This document shows, one piece after another, positions 20,479-30,931 of a stretch of DNA of 32,000 bases. The notes under the pieces were generated by a model, which saw only the letters and a program-made list of their open reading frames with translations, was not told where the DNA came from and did no database searches. The DNA lies in sequence record CP166271.1. One strand, 5' to 3'. Positions within the stretch are counted from its first letter, which is position 1. Each line of letters opens with the position of its first letter. A program made the position numbers and the translations under genes.

Positions 20479-21546
20479 TTATTTTTTTTTATTAATCTCA
20501 ATTTGTATAAATTCTATTCTAGAAAGTAAAAGTGTTGCTCTTGCTTCTGCTCTAATTCTATTTTTATTTAATTCTTCTAAATCAGACATTATTGTAGCTT
20601 TTAATCTAATATCGTAAGCAGTAGTAGGTGTTTCAGGCACTTTTGATAACATATTTTGAGCAAAACCAGTTTTTTTATTCATCATTTCTATAAGTTTTAA
20701 ATTATTATTTCTTTGTTCTATTGCAGTTTCTAGATCCATTTTTTAAATTGATTTAAAATGTGTGAATTATAATCAATATGTTGACATATTTCGTCACGTA
20801 TTGGTACTTCACCTCCAGGTACATTAAAACCCGGACCAGGGTTAACTTTTTTCGGGAAAAAACATTAGCTGGATCTATATCAGGAAAAACTTTTTTCAAA
20901 TTGAAAAAGGTGGTTCTGTAGCTTGAGGCATAGCAGGAATTATACATTTTTTTATCTAAAAGTTTACTGTTATCATTCGTACTTTCCGTTTTCTGTACAT
21001 TTTTATCGCCATAATAATTAGGATGCGATTCTAAATCTACACCTTTCCCTTTATCTAAAGATTTACCTGAATTATCATCATCTATATCCATATCCATAGG
21101 GTTGTATAATTTGGGTTTAAAATTACCTAAATTAACATCATCCCCAATTTTATGTGTTTTTAAACCAAACAATAATTGATGTAAATTTAAATTAAAACTT
21201 CTCGTATCTAAATATAAGGAAAATATATCTTTAAAACAAGTATTACTTGTTCAACTTAACATACCAAGAAGAAAATTACCAAATAAATCCCCTCATTCTA
21301 TATTTATACCACCTGAGTATAAATATTTACAAAAAGCAGCTAAAATACATGTAATAATTGCGCTTAATAATTTAGCCAAGGTAAAAGAATAAAGTATTTT
21401 TTTAACTAAATTTATAATAGCATTAGTAATTTCTTTATATTTATTTAGTATAGGATTAAATAGCCTTGAGTAGTCTATATATTTAAACAAGAATCTTAGA
21501 TTCTGTATTTTTTTAAAATTTTTATTATATAATATTTCATCATCAT
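20479..21546 (-). CDS. orphan mitochondrial ORF (~356 codons after restoring three single-base homopolymer shifts); one predicted TM segment plus a hydrophilic, coiled-coil-like tail
   Basis: ORF-track pieces 21293..21490 and 20753..21172 are one frame joined through TGA=Trp (21293-21295 and 21251-21253). The frame then steps +1 in the run region 20847-20868 (continuing ..KKVNPGPGFNVPGGEVPIRDEICQHIDYNSHILNQFKK). It steps +1 again at the T-run 20739-20744 (the A-run on the coding strand) into 20479..20739 (MDLETAIEQRNN...). A likely ATGATGATG start at 21538-21546 needs one more +1. Confidence 0.6.
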
Positions 21547-21573
21547 TTATTATTAAACCTCAATCTTTTAATA

Positions 21574-21810
<237 letters not shown>

Positions 21811-22002
21811 TTAAAAAAAACTATTATTAATAAAAATAATAAATTCGATAATAAAAAAAATACTACCTCATTAAAAAAAAAACATAAAGATATTAAAAAT
21901 TTTTTTAATATCTTTTATATAATAAAACTTAATAAGTTATATATTTATTAAATAATAAGAAATCTACTCATTAAATAATAGGTGTATAAAATATAATAGC
22001 TT

Positions 22003-22075
22003 AGCCGGGGGAGAAATTTGAATTCTCATTATTAATGCATGAAATTAATGTTTTAACCAATTAAACTACCCTGGC
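22003..22075 (-). tRNA. trnM: tRNA-Met-type (CAU) no. 1
   Basis: Acceptor GCCAGGG/CCCCGGC (one A.C mismatch); anticodon arm TTAAT-TTCATGC-ATTAA; T arm GAGAA-TTCAAAT-TTCTC. Confidence 0.85.
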
Positions 22076-22088
22076 TTAAATTATGATG

Positions 22089-22161
22089 GGAGAATACCCT
22101 GATTTGAACAGAGAACATACTGTGCCACATACAGTCACTCTACCATTGAGCTATATTCACC
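22089..22161 (-). tRNA. trnH: tRNA-His(GUG) with encoded G-1
   Basis: G-1 lies opposite C73. Acceptor GTGAATA/TATTCTC (one mismatch); anticodon arm ACTGT-ATGTGGC-ACAGT; T arm CTCTG-TTCAAAT-CAGGG. Confidence 0.85.
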
Positions 22162-22200
22162 TTAATCTTTAATAATACCACTATAAAAAAGCAAATGTAT

Positions 22201-22273
22201 TTATGTTGGAGTGAGTCGAACACCCAATGGTAAATACCAAAAATTTATGACTTACCGATTAGTCCACAACATA
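22201..22273 (-). tRNA. trnQ: tRNA-Gln(UUG)
   Basis: Acceptor TATGTTG/CAACATA; D arm GACT-AATCGGTA-AGTC; anticodon arm TAAAT-TTTTGGT-ATTTA; T arm GGGTG-TTCGACT-CACTC. Confidence 0.9.
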
Positions 22274-22309
22274 TATTTATGCCATACAATATTAATAATA
22301 CAAACAATT

Positions 22310-22397
22310 TAAGGTAAATCCGACTTGAACGGATAAAATTATAAAAAAATCAAATAGTCCTAAGCTATTCATGTCTACCAAATTCCATCACTACCTT
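22310..22397 (-). tRNA. trnL: tRNA-Leu(UAG), class II
   Basis: Acceptor AAGGTAG/TTACCTT; anticodon arm AATAG-CTTAGGA-CTATT; long variable arm; T arm ATCCG-TTCAAGT-CGGAT. Confidence 0.88.
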
Positions 22398-22400
22398 AAT

Positions 22401-22473
22401 TGCTCGAAATAAGATTTGAACTTATAACCTAAACACCTTCAAAGTTTCGCTCTACCAATTGAGCTATTCGAGC
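22401..22473 (-). tRNA. trnF: tRNA-Phe(GAA)
   Basis: Acceptor GCTCGAA/TTCGAGC; D arm GCTC-AATTGGTA-GAGC; anticodon loop TTGAAGG; T arm ATAAG-TTCAAAT-CTTAT. Confidence 0.9.
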
Positions 22474-22506
22474 CTATTTATATAATAACATATATAACTA
22501 TATATA

Positions 22507-22578
22507 TGGAGATAGCAGGACTCGAACCTGAGATAACAATATGCAAAATTGCAGTTTTACCAATTAAACTATATCCCC
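22507..22578 (-). tRNA. trnA: tRNA-Ala(UGC)
   Basis: Acceptor GGGGATA/TATCTCC (G3.U70); anticodon arm GCAAT-TTTGCAT-ATTGT; T loop TTCGAGT. Confidence 0.88.
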
Positions 22579-22598
22579 TATATTCTATATTATTATAA

Positions 22599-22680
22599 TA
22601 TCCGAGAGAGGACTTGAACCTCTACGACGTAAGTCAACGAAGCTTAAGTTCGTCCTGTCTACCAATTCCAGCACTCGGAT
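22599..22680 (-). tRNA. trnL: tRNA-Leu(UAA), class II
   Basis: Acceptor ATCCGAG/CTCGGAT; anticodon arm ACGAA-CTTAAGC-TTCGT; long variable arm; T arm AGAGG-TTCAAGT-CCTCT. Confidence 0.9.
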
Positions 22681-22700
22681 CATATATATAAAATAAATAA

Positions 22701-22774
22701 TAAGGCCAGAGTGAATTGAACACTCATCTCAGCTGTCATGAGCAGCTTGCTTTACCAAATTAAGCTATAACCTT
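22701..22774 (-). tRNA. trnM: tRNA-Met-type (CAU) no. 2
   Basis: Acceptor AAGGTTA/TGGCCTT (includes G-U pairs); anticodon arm AGCTG-CTCATGA-CAGCT; T arm GAGTG-TTCAATT-CACTC. Confidence 0.88.
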
Positions 22775-22795
22775 ATATAAAATATATTATATATA

Positions 22796-22867
22796 ATGCG
22801 GATAAAGGATTTGCACCCTTATATATTGATCATGAGCCAATTATGTTACTAATTACATCAACCCGCT
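22796..22867 (-). tRNA. trnM: tRNA-Met-type (CAU) no. 3; the unpaired 1:72 position suggests the initiator
   Basis: Acceptor AGCGGGT/ATCCGCA with A1.A72 unpaired; D arm ATGT-AATTAGTA-ACAT; anticodon arm ATTGG-CTCATGA-TCAAT; unusual T loop TGCAAAT. Confidence 0.8.
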
Positions 22868-22910
22868 TTAAATTTACTTGTGTAAATAAAAAATTTATTT
22901 AATGTATTCA

Positions 22911-22983
22911 TAGCTCCAAAGGGGATCGAACCCTTGCATGTGATGATGAAAACATCACGTCTTAACCACTTGACTATGAAGCC
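22911..22983 (-). tRNA. trnE: tRNA-Glu(UUC)
   Basis: Acceptor GGCTTCA/TGGAGCT; anticodon arm TGATG-TTTTCAT-CATCA; T arm AAGGG-TTCGATC-CCCTT. Confidence 0.88.
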
Positions 22984-23004
22984 TAATATATAATAAAAAT
23001 GTAA

Positions 23005-23075
23005 AGTCCAGTGCAAGTATCGCACTTGCTTCAGCTGGTTACAAAACAGCTGCATTACTTTTATGCTAACCAGAC
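23005..23075 (-). tRNA. trnT: tRNA-Thr(UGU)
   Basis: Acceptor GTCTGGT/ACTGGAC; D arm GCAT-AAAAGTA-ATGC; anticodon loop TTTGTAA; T arm GCAAG-TGCGATA-CTTGC. The ORF-track entry 22858..23100(-) overlaps trnM, trnE and trnT and is spurious. Confidence 0.85.
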
Positions 23076-23703
23076 TAATGGTTAAAGTATATGTAGCCAC
23101 TTATATACTAAAATAATATTATATTATAATATAATATTATTATAATGTTTAGATATCAAAAGGGCTTAGTTATATATAAAATTAGTACTTTATACCTAAA
23201 AAAATTAAAAATATTTCAGTTAAAGCCTATTCATTTTTTAGCTTATAAAAAATTTTTATAAACATAAAAACCAATCGTAGTATTATGCTACGTATATTTA
23301 AGAATATAATAAAGTAAACTTCGTGCCTATATGCTTTCAGCACTTATTTTTAACTAACTTAGCATTCCTGCCGTGCCTATGCTATAAATTTACTAAAGTG
23401 ATAGTAACATCCTTGTATAATAAATTATACATAAATTAATATAGGGCACATAAACAACAGGTAAACCATAGGTTAATATACCCAGCTCCTTTCGTACGAG
23501 GGGAATATCCTTATTTTATTCTAATTTCCTCTAGAAGATAGAAACCATACTGTCTTACGACGTATTTAACCCAGCTCGTGTAACTTATTAATCGACGAAC
23601 AGTCGAACCCTTCATGATTCCTGCATTCATGTGGATAAGTTAAGCCGACATCGAGGTGCCAAACTGCGCACTCAATTTGTACTTCCTGGCGCAATTAGCC
23701 TGT

Positions 23704-26136
23704 TCATTCATATTGATAAAAAATCTTTGGATTTTTTATATATCCATTTTTCACAAAATGGTTCAGACTATGTCTTAATATACTCAAAGAAATAATAAAC
23801 CCAAAACGAAAATTATGTAATTTTTACTTTTCTAGTTCTACTAGCTATTCAACCTTTAACACCAAAAGCTCCATTACGACCATTAGAATTTATATTAGAA
23901 TATTCTAGATTCGATTTTTTATCTCCTCTTAACATTGTAGTCGATAATCCTTTAAAAGAAGATACAGGATTTTTTAAACCTCCTTTGTATATCATCTTAA
24001 AAACAGATCTAGAAGCAGTACGACGTCTTGTTAATCGTCCTTTAGCTTCTACTCTAACACCTCGTAATTTATTTTGATTTAATCTACCTAAAACATAGTT
24101 AATTGTAAATACATCATATGCTTCTATTAAAGCTTCTCTTGCCTTTCTTATATTAATATATTTAAAACTTCTTTTACTAAAGATTTTTTGCTTCTAAATC
24201 ATTCAGCAATATCCGTTGTATTAAAATATTCTAGTATTAGTCTATTTAAGGGATCTTCAAAATTTCGCTCAAACATAAGATTTTTTTTTTCATTTATAGT
24301 TAATAGTTTTTTATAATAAGCAAATCTATAAAATCTATTGTTATACATTTTGCTAATCATTAAATTTATAAGATTATTTTTAATATTATTAGCTTTTATT
24401 TTCCTGTTATTATATTCAGTTATTTTTATGTTCTTACGAACAGATCTAAGACTAATTTTTTTAAAAATGTTTTTAAAACTCTATAGAGTTTATTTTTTCT
24501 ATTTCTTAATTTCAAAGATATAATTTGTGTATAAATATCACTACTATTATGCAATTTTTTCAAATTAACAATATTAAATACTACTTTTTTACGGTATAGG
24601 TTTTCTATCAAAGGTATAAATTTATATAAGAAAGAATATTTATATTTTTGTTTATTGAAACTTATTAATTTGTTATATATTTTTAATTTTCGCATAAACG
24701 CTTTATAGGCTAATTTTTTATAATTACTATAACTAGGATAATAGAAACTATTAATACTTTTATTAATAGTATTCAAGATACTTAATTTTTCTTTGCTATC
24801 TAATATAAGATAATTATTTACATTTAATACTCTATTTATTTTTTTCATTTCTTTATTGTATTTTTTAGTTAACACTCTTAAATGTCTTTTATATAATAAA
24901 ATTAATAAGCGACCACTTAAAGATTCATATATATTATAACTTCTTTTGTTTCTTAGTTTTTTATTAAGAGTCTTTCTAGTTAATCATCTTTTAAATCGTC
25001 TATTTGGGTAAAATAATCTTTTTTTCTATATTATATTTACTAGATAAATACATAGTTTTTGCGTTATATACAAAAAAAGTTATTACCACCTTATCATTAG
25101 TATGTTTTATATTACCTTTTCCCACAAAAATTTTCTTTGTATATAAAATCTTAGTTTTTTATTTCTACGTCTTTTTCAGGCAGTTTTGTTAAATTCTTTA
25201 TTTTACGTGTTTTTCATCTTCTAGCTGATCTAGATTTATTTTTGAAACGTTTTTTTCTAAAGAATAATATTGCTTTATCTGCTTTTTCATTTTCTATGGA
25301 CAAGTCTGTTTTTTCTAGTGATTTATCCTTATTATCTATGTATTGGTTTAAATGTGAATCATATTTATATTTTTTATAGACAATGATATAAATTTATTAC
25401 TTAGATTTTTTTTTAAGAATAGTTTATAGATTCTTTTATTTCTATTTTCTTTAACAGACGATAATTTAAAAAATCATTTAAACGTTTTTTAATTGTTAAT
25501 AAGATAGCTTTTTTATTGCTTTTTTTGTAAATAAAACTATAGATTTTTTTAGTATGATTTTTTCTTTTATTTATTTTTTTGATTAAAATAACTTTTTAAT
25601 AATTTCATTAAATTAATATCTGCCGTAGGTAATGTTTTAATATAATAGTTATTGTAAGTATATACACTATTATATCACTCTTGAGCTGCAGGTGTAAAGT
25701 GGCGAGTTATTCCTCTGTTTTCTTTTATATACTTAAGGGGTTTACTTACTATGATATTTATTTTTTATTAAATAAAGAAGGTATATTTATTTCTTTTAAG
25801 CTAATATTAGAATCATTAGGAAAACTTTTTTTTAAATTTTTAAGAATAATACATAAAAAAAGATGTTTAAATACTTAATCTTTTCAGCTTAATTCAGTCT
25901 ATTTCATTAATATTAATATATTAATTGTTAATTTATTGTTTTATTTCTTTGAGTATATCTGAGGAGTTATAGGATTATTGCATATAATGCTCACCGTTAG
26001 TCGTTGAACGTTTTTACTTTTAAAGTAAACTTCGCTTCAAGTAAACTTACTTTAAAAGTCTTTCTTGAAATTTACCTCATTATTATAATTATGTATTCGA
26101 AAGCTTTATGCTTTTACTAATTAAAGGAACAAAATT
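23704..26136 (-). other. group I intron in rnl domain V (the position that hosts rps3 in Pezizomycotina)
   Basis: About 2.4 kb splits the conserved 23S sequence GGGATAA|CAGGCT and contains the rps3 reading frame. The boundaries come from exon homology only and are good to a few nt. Confidence 0.8.
23813..25608 (-). CDS. rps3: ribosomal protein S3 (intron-encoded), at least five frame changes at homopolymers
   Basis: ATG at 25606-25608 (MKLLKSYFNQKNK). The pieces lie in different frames: ..GKGNIKHTNDKVVITFFVYNAKTMYLSSKYN.., ORF-track 24426..24875 (..SLKLRNRKNKLYRVLK..), ..NLMFERNFEDPLNRLILEYFNTTDIAEWFRSKK.., and the C-terminus ..GVRVEAKGRLTRRRTASRSVFKMIYKGGLKNPVSSFKGLS..NGAFGVKGWIASR. TAA at 23813-23815. 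Confidence 0.8.
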
Positions 26137-28768
26137 TTATCCCTAGCGTAGCTTTTTCAAAAACCCAAGACCTTTCCTTTCCGCATCTTGTGATCATATG
26201 CCCCGCTTACGCGACTGATAGATGTGTAAATCAAACAGTAAAGCAAGATTATGCCATTAAACTTGAGAAGTAATAAACATAATTATATTATTTGTGTCTT
26301 TTCACTTACTTATACATTATATAAATATACAAATAATATAATTAAAAATAAGACTAAAATATTCTTATTTTTAATTACATCTATTTACAATATAGATAAA
26401 ATCTTACTTGCATTAAAAAAAAATTAAATTCTAACTTAATAGATATATACGTGAATTAGTTATAACTTTAGTTATACCAAATAACAAACTAAAAAAAAAT
26501 AGACTATAGTCTATTTTTATATATCATAATTAAATCATAACAATTTTACAAAATTAACTTTGGATACACCCAGGTACTTTTTATGGGATCTGTGCCCCGC
26601 ATAAACTGTCTCCTAACAATTGTTCCTTAAAAAAAAGGTAATTAATATGAAATACTTTTTAAAGGTGTTTCAATTCTGTTAACACTACCTTATACACTAA
26701 AAAATCGTACTTCATATTCAATAACAAGTAACAGTAAAGCTGCATAGGGTCTTCTCGTCTAACTAGAGGTAAACTGTATCTGCACAGTTATTCCAATTTC
26801 ACTGAGCCAATCATTGAGACAGCTGTTGTATCGTTAAATCATTCATGCAAGACCGCATTTAACGGCCAAGGTATTCCGCTACCTTAGGACCCTCATAGGT
26901 AAGGCCGCCATTGATCGGGGTTTCCTTCAAAACCAAGCTTAAAATAAACTAAGCAAATCCGTTAACCAGCCGACATTGGGCAGAAATCACACTCAATACT
27001 TTGATTTATTATCTTACTGCAGAGTGCTTTGTTTTAATTAAACAGTCGTACAACACTATTCCATGCTTCCTTTTCTTTACTTGATATTAATCAAGAGGAA
27101 TGGCTCTCCTTATCCCGAAGTTACGGTAGTTAGTTTGCCGAGTTCCTTAATGATTGTTCACTCAAACGCCTTCGTATTCTCTACTAGCTTACTTGTGGTA
27201 GTTTTTAGGTACGGTTTTTCTAAGCTTTATATTTCTCATCTTTTTAGTTTGTTAAAATATAAAGTATTATAACAGTTTTTCCAGAACCTTCCTCACTAAT
27301 TATTATATATTTTAATATATGTTAATAAAAAAAATATATAATAAGGAAGGTTGTTACTTGTAATTAAGATTTTCTCATCGTTTAATCCTTTAGGTTGGTA
27401 AACTTAGAGGCCGTTACTTTATAAAATCCATAAGCTTTAGGCGAGGGTATTTACCCTTTTCCGTTACTCATGTCAGCATTCTCACTTGGGTTATCTAATA
27501 TTTATTCTTAAAAAAATAAGTCTAAGATTTACCCAACGTTCTGCTACCCCATTAAATATAAATGTTTTGTCTTATATTTCTGCTTGCGCTAGAGTTTATT
27601 ACATATATATTAATATATGTAATACTAATATGTTTATATTTTAATGGACAAGGTGTCGGTATATTGTTTAGATCCGTTAAATCTTCGGTGCTACTACTAC
27701 TGTATATGTTAATATACTAAACCAGTGCTCTGTTACGAGATCTTCAAAAAATGGACCGCTTCTAAGCCAATTTCCTGGCCGTATTTTATAGAAACATCCT
27801 TAATTTCACTTAACAATAATTTTGGAACCTTAACTCTTGTTCTGGGCTGTTTCCCTTTAGACATACAACCTTATCGTACTATGTCCGATTATTCAAAATT
27901 CATCATTGCCCTTTCGAGTGCGAATACTCACCGATAAAATCTTCACGATTGCCCGATATATGCAAAATTATTAATAAAGTTGCCTGAGATCACAGTTCTG
28001 TACCTGCTATGATGTAATTTGAATTACCTACTTTTATAGGTTTCGCAGAAAACCAGCTATCCTAGTCAGTGTTGTCTTTCACTAACTTACCACAGTTCAT
28101 CGGATATCTCTACAACGATATGCCGTTCGGGCTTTTATAACCCTGACTGTAGTAAGATCACCAGGCTTCGGGTCTAATTTTAGATACTAATTCATTTTTT
28201 CATAATTGGTTTATCTGGGCATATATGCTCGCATCTAATATTAACTCGCTGACCCATTATGCAAAAGGTACGCTATCACTTTTTATTTAAATAAAGCTAA
28301 AGCTGCTTATAAGACTACTATTTTAACCTTTCCCTCACGGTACTATACGCTATCGCTTATATATTATATTTAGCCTTAGAGGAAGGTTCCCCTTATTTTT
28401 CAAACAGGTTATGCCCGTTCTACTTGATTTAATAAAAATTAAAAAATATTTATTTTTAAATATTTTTATATAGGCTTTTCTATTTTAATTCTCACTAATC
28501 ATAGAATCTCGTTTGATTTCTTTTCCTAAAGTTACTAAGATATTTCAATTCACTTCGTTAATTATTTAATTTCTCTAAGAGATAATGTGTACGCTTATCT
28601 AAAAACACAATTTAAACACAAATAATACAGTGCTCTCTTTAATATATAGCTAGGAATCCATAATAGTCTCTTTATATACGTTACTGTTATAGTAAGTAAA
28701 ATTTTTTATTCGATATCTAAAACATTACTGTACTTATTTTAGACTAGTTTTATACCAGTCTAAACTAT

Positions 28769-28841
28769 TCGGATTATTATGATTCGAACATAACAATTCC
28801 TCAACCCAAATGAGGCGCCTAACCAACCTGGCTCTAATCCG
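28769..28841 (-). tRNA. trnP: tRNA-Pro(UGG), copy 2
   Basis: Identical to 674..746. Confidence 0.9.
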
Positions 28842-28855
28842 TAGTAAAAAAATAT

Positions 28856-28941
28856 CAGAGAATATCCGATTTGAACGGATGTGATCTATTAAACCAAATA
28901 AGTTTCAAGCTTATCACCTTAAACCACTCGGTCAACTCTCT
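28856..28941 (-). tRNA. trnS: tRNA-Ser(UGA), copy 2
   Basis: Identical to 764..849. Confidence 0.9.
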
Positions 28942-28988
28942 TTATATATTTATGAAATATTTAAAATATATATTTTAAATATATTCTA

Positions 28989-29060
28989 TGATTCCTCAGA
29001 GACTTGAACTCAGAACATATTCTTATCAAAAATACGCTTTACCAATTAAGCTAAGGAACC
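28989..29060 (-). tRNA. trnI: tRNA-Ile(GAU), copy 2
   Basis: Identical to 897..968. Confidence 0.85.
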
Positions 29061-29142
29061 TTATTAAGTCTTTGAATAAATATTTAAATTAAATGAATAT
29101 AGCTTAAATATATACATAAATTATATCATAATAAACACTCCT

Positions 29143-29214
29143 TAAGGAATAGGTGATTTGAACACCTAACCTACCGTGTGTAAAACGGTCGCTCTACCAT
29201 TGAGCTAATTCCTT
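29143..29214 (-). tRNA. trnV: tRNA-Val(UAC), copy 2
   Basis: Identical to 1051..1122. The T-run beginning in its 5' acceptor strand is T5 here and T6 in copy 1. Confidence 0.9.
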
Positions 29215-29242
29215 TTTATATTGATTAAGATATATATTTAAT

Positions 29243-29313
29243 CAAGAGTACTCAGATTTGAACTGAGAACATAAAGTTTGAAGCTTCAAGTTTTGCCATT
29301 AAACTATACTCTT
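29243..29313 (-). tRNA. trnW: tRNA-Trp(UCA), copy 2
   Basis: Identical to 1152..1222. Confidence 0.9.
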
Positions 29314-29354
29314 ATTAAAGTTTACAATATTTATACGAATATATTATATGATAC

Positions 29355-29434
29355 CGGAAAAGAGATGATTCGAACATCCAGGTGCATAACACAATATTTA
29401 GCAAATATCTCGCTTTACCAATAGCAACTTTTCC
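29355..29434 (-). tRNA. trnS: tRNA-Ser(GCU), copy 2
   Basis: Identical to 1264..1343. Confidence 0.9.
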
Positions 29435-29484
29435 TATGCTTAAACCTTACTATAAAAACTTTTAACATGTATATATAATTTTAT

Positions 29485-29556
29485 TACGGTCAGCCGAATT
29501 CGAATCGACAAAAATCGTTTGGAAGACGACAAGTTTACCAATTAACCTATGACCGT
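29485..29556 (-). tRNA. trnG: tRNA-Gly(UCC), copy 2
   Basis: Identical to 1394..1465. Confidence 0.9.
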
Positions 29557-29584
29557 TTTATTTATCTAGTTTTTTACTATACTT

Positions 29585-29656
29585 TAAGACCTGCGGGGTT
29601 TGAACCCGCATAACAAAGATTAAAAGTCTTGCATTTTACCATTAAACTAAGGTCTC
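29585..29656 (-). tRNA. trnK: tRNA-Lys(UUU), copy 2
   Basis: Identical to 1494..1565. Confidence 0.85.
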
Positions 29657-29794
29657 TATAATGAAATAAATATTAAATATCTAAATTCATGCTAAGTATT
29701 TTATGCTTAGGCTATAATACAGAACAAAACTTAGTTTAATCAAAGGGAATTAAACCTGAATAATATATAATTAGTGCAATTAAAAACAAATAAA

Positions 29795-30602
29795 TTAAGA
29801 ACCCCAGTAGTAAATTGAAATGAATAAAAATAATCATACTACATCAACAAAATGTCAGTAAAGAATACCAGACTCTAAACCTAAATGATGATTATCTGTT
29901 GAGTGATAGGCTAAAACACGTCAGAAACCCGTAGCAATAAATAGTGTTCCTATTATCACGTGTAATCCATGAAAACCTGTACCGAAATAGAAACATGATC
30001 CATAAGCTCCATCACTAATTGTGAATGAAGATACAGTATATTCTACACCTTGAAAAAGTGTAAACACAATAGCTAATATAATTGTAGCTACTAATCCGTT
30101 TAAGGTTCCACTTCTATTACCTTGAATTAAGGAATGATGAGCATATGTTACAGTAGTACCTGAAGATAGTAATATTATTGTATTTAATAAAGGTAATTCA
30201 AATGGATTAATTGCTTCTATACCCATAGGTGGTCATTGAGCACCTAATTCTACAGTAGGAGATAAAGCGCTATGGAAGAATGCTCAAAATATTGCTAAAA
30301 AATAATGCTTCTGATACAATAAATAAAGCAACACCCATATTTAATCCACGTTGAACAGCTAAAGTGTGGTTACCTAAATAAGTACCCTCTGATATAACAT
30401 CTCTTCATCAAAAAGCCATAGAAGAAACTAATGCTAAAAAAGCAAATACTAAAAATATATATGCGTTATTAAAACCATGCATAGTTAAAACTCCACTAGT
30501 TGTTAAAGTTAATAAAGAAATACACGTGAATAATGGCCATGGTGATGGTGATACTAAATGAAAAGGATGAGATTGAAAATTACTTCTTGTAGAGTATGTC
30601 AT
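29795..30602 (-). CDS. cox3: cytochrome c oxidase subunit 3, copy 2, broken at one A-run (two bases short)
   Basis: ORF-track 30408..30602 ([25 protein letters not shown]..) continues [38 protein letters not shown] and then loses frame at A6 30297-30302. ORF-track 29921..30226 is the C-terminal part. The span is 808 nt against 810 expected. Confidence 0.9.
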
Positions 30603-30709
30603 TTCTATAGTTTATATTCAATTAAATTATATTATAATTTATTAAATATTAAAAATATTTTTGGGGAATATATACATAATAATGCAAATTTGCATTAATT
30701 AAATTTATA

Positions 30710-30782
30710 CGGGTCAGACCGGAGTCGAACCGGCATAATCTTTCTTGACAAAAAAGTTTCTTACCAATTAGAATACTGACCC
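30710..30782 (-). tRNA. trnD: tRNA-Asp(GUC), copy 2 (fully paired anticodon stem)
   Basis: As 2619..2690 but with a 6-base run at 30750-30755, giving the stem CTTTT/GAAAG around the loop TTGTCAA. Confidence 0.9.
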
Positions 30783-30931
30783 TTCAAAAAAAATTGTTTT
30801 CCTTTTGAAGCATTAAACATTATAGCTAATATTTTTTAAGGTATATAAGAAAGTATGCTTAATCGCAATATTGATAAAATTACACTTAAATTAAACTATA
30901 GTTTTTATTAATAATCTGTATAAGGTATAAA

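Larger units (their letters stand above)
23270..28755 (-). rRNA. rnl: mt large-subunit rRNA, complete copy, interrupted by one group I intron
   Basis: The 5' domain matches the copy-1 entry. Exon 1 ends ..GAAAAAGCTACGCTAGGGATAA (about 26137). Exon 2 starts CAGGCTAATTGCGCC..GCAGTTTGGCACCTCGATGTCGGCTTAAC..CACGAGCTGGGTTAAATACGTCGTAAGACAG..CTCGTACGAAAGGAGC..GTGCTGAAAGCATATAGGCACGAAG. All of these align to 23S domain V/VI motifs. Both outer ends are approximate. Confidence 0.92.

Noticed and set aside
22858-23100. Minus-strand 80-aa ORF (MATYTLTISLVSIKVMQLF...).
   Set aside because: It spans three well-folded tRNA genes (trnM 22796..22867, trnE and trnT), so it is a read-through artefact.
23704-26136. 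Homing endonuclease (LAGLIDADG or GIY-YIG) in the rnl intron or elsewhere.
   Set aside because: The only coding signal in the intron is rps3. No LAGLIDADG-like or GIY..YIG-like motif was seen in any frame that I translated. cox1 and cob are intronless.
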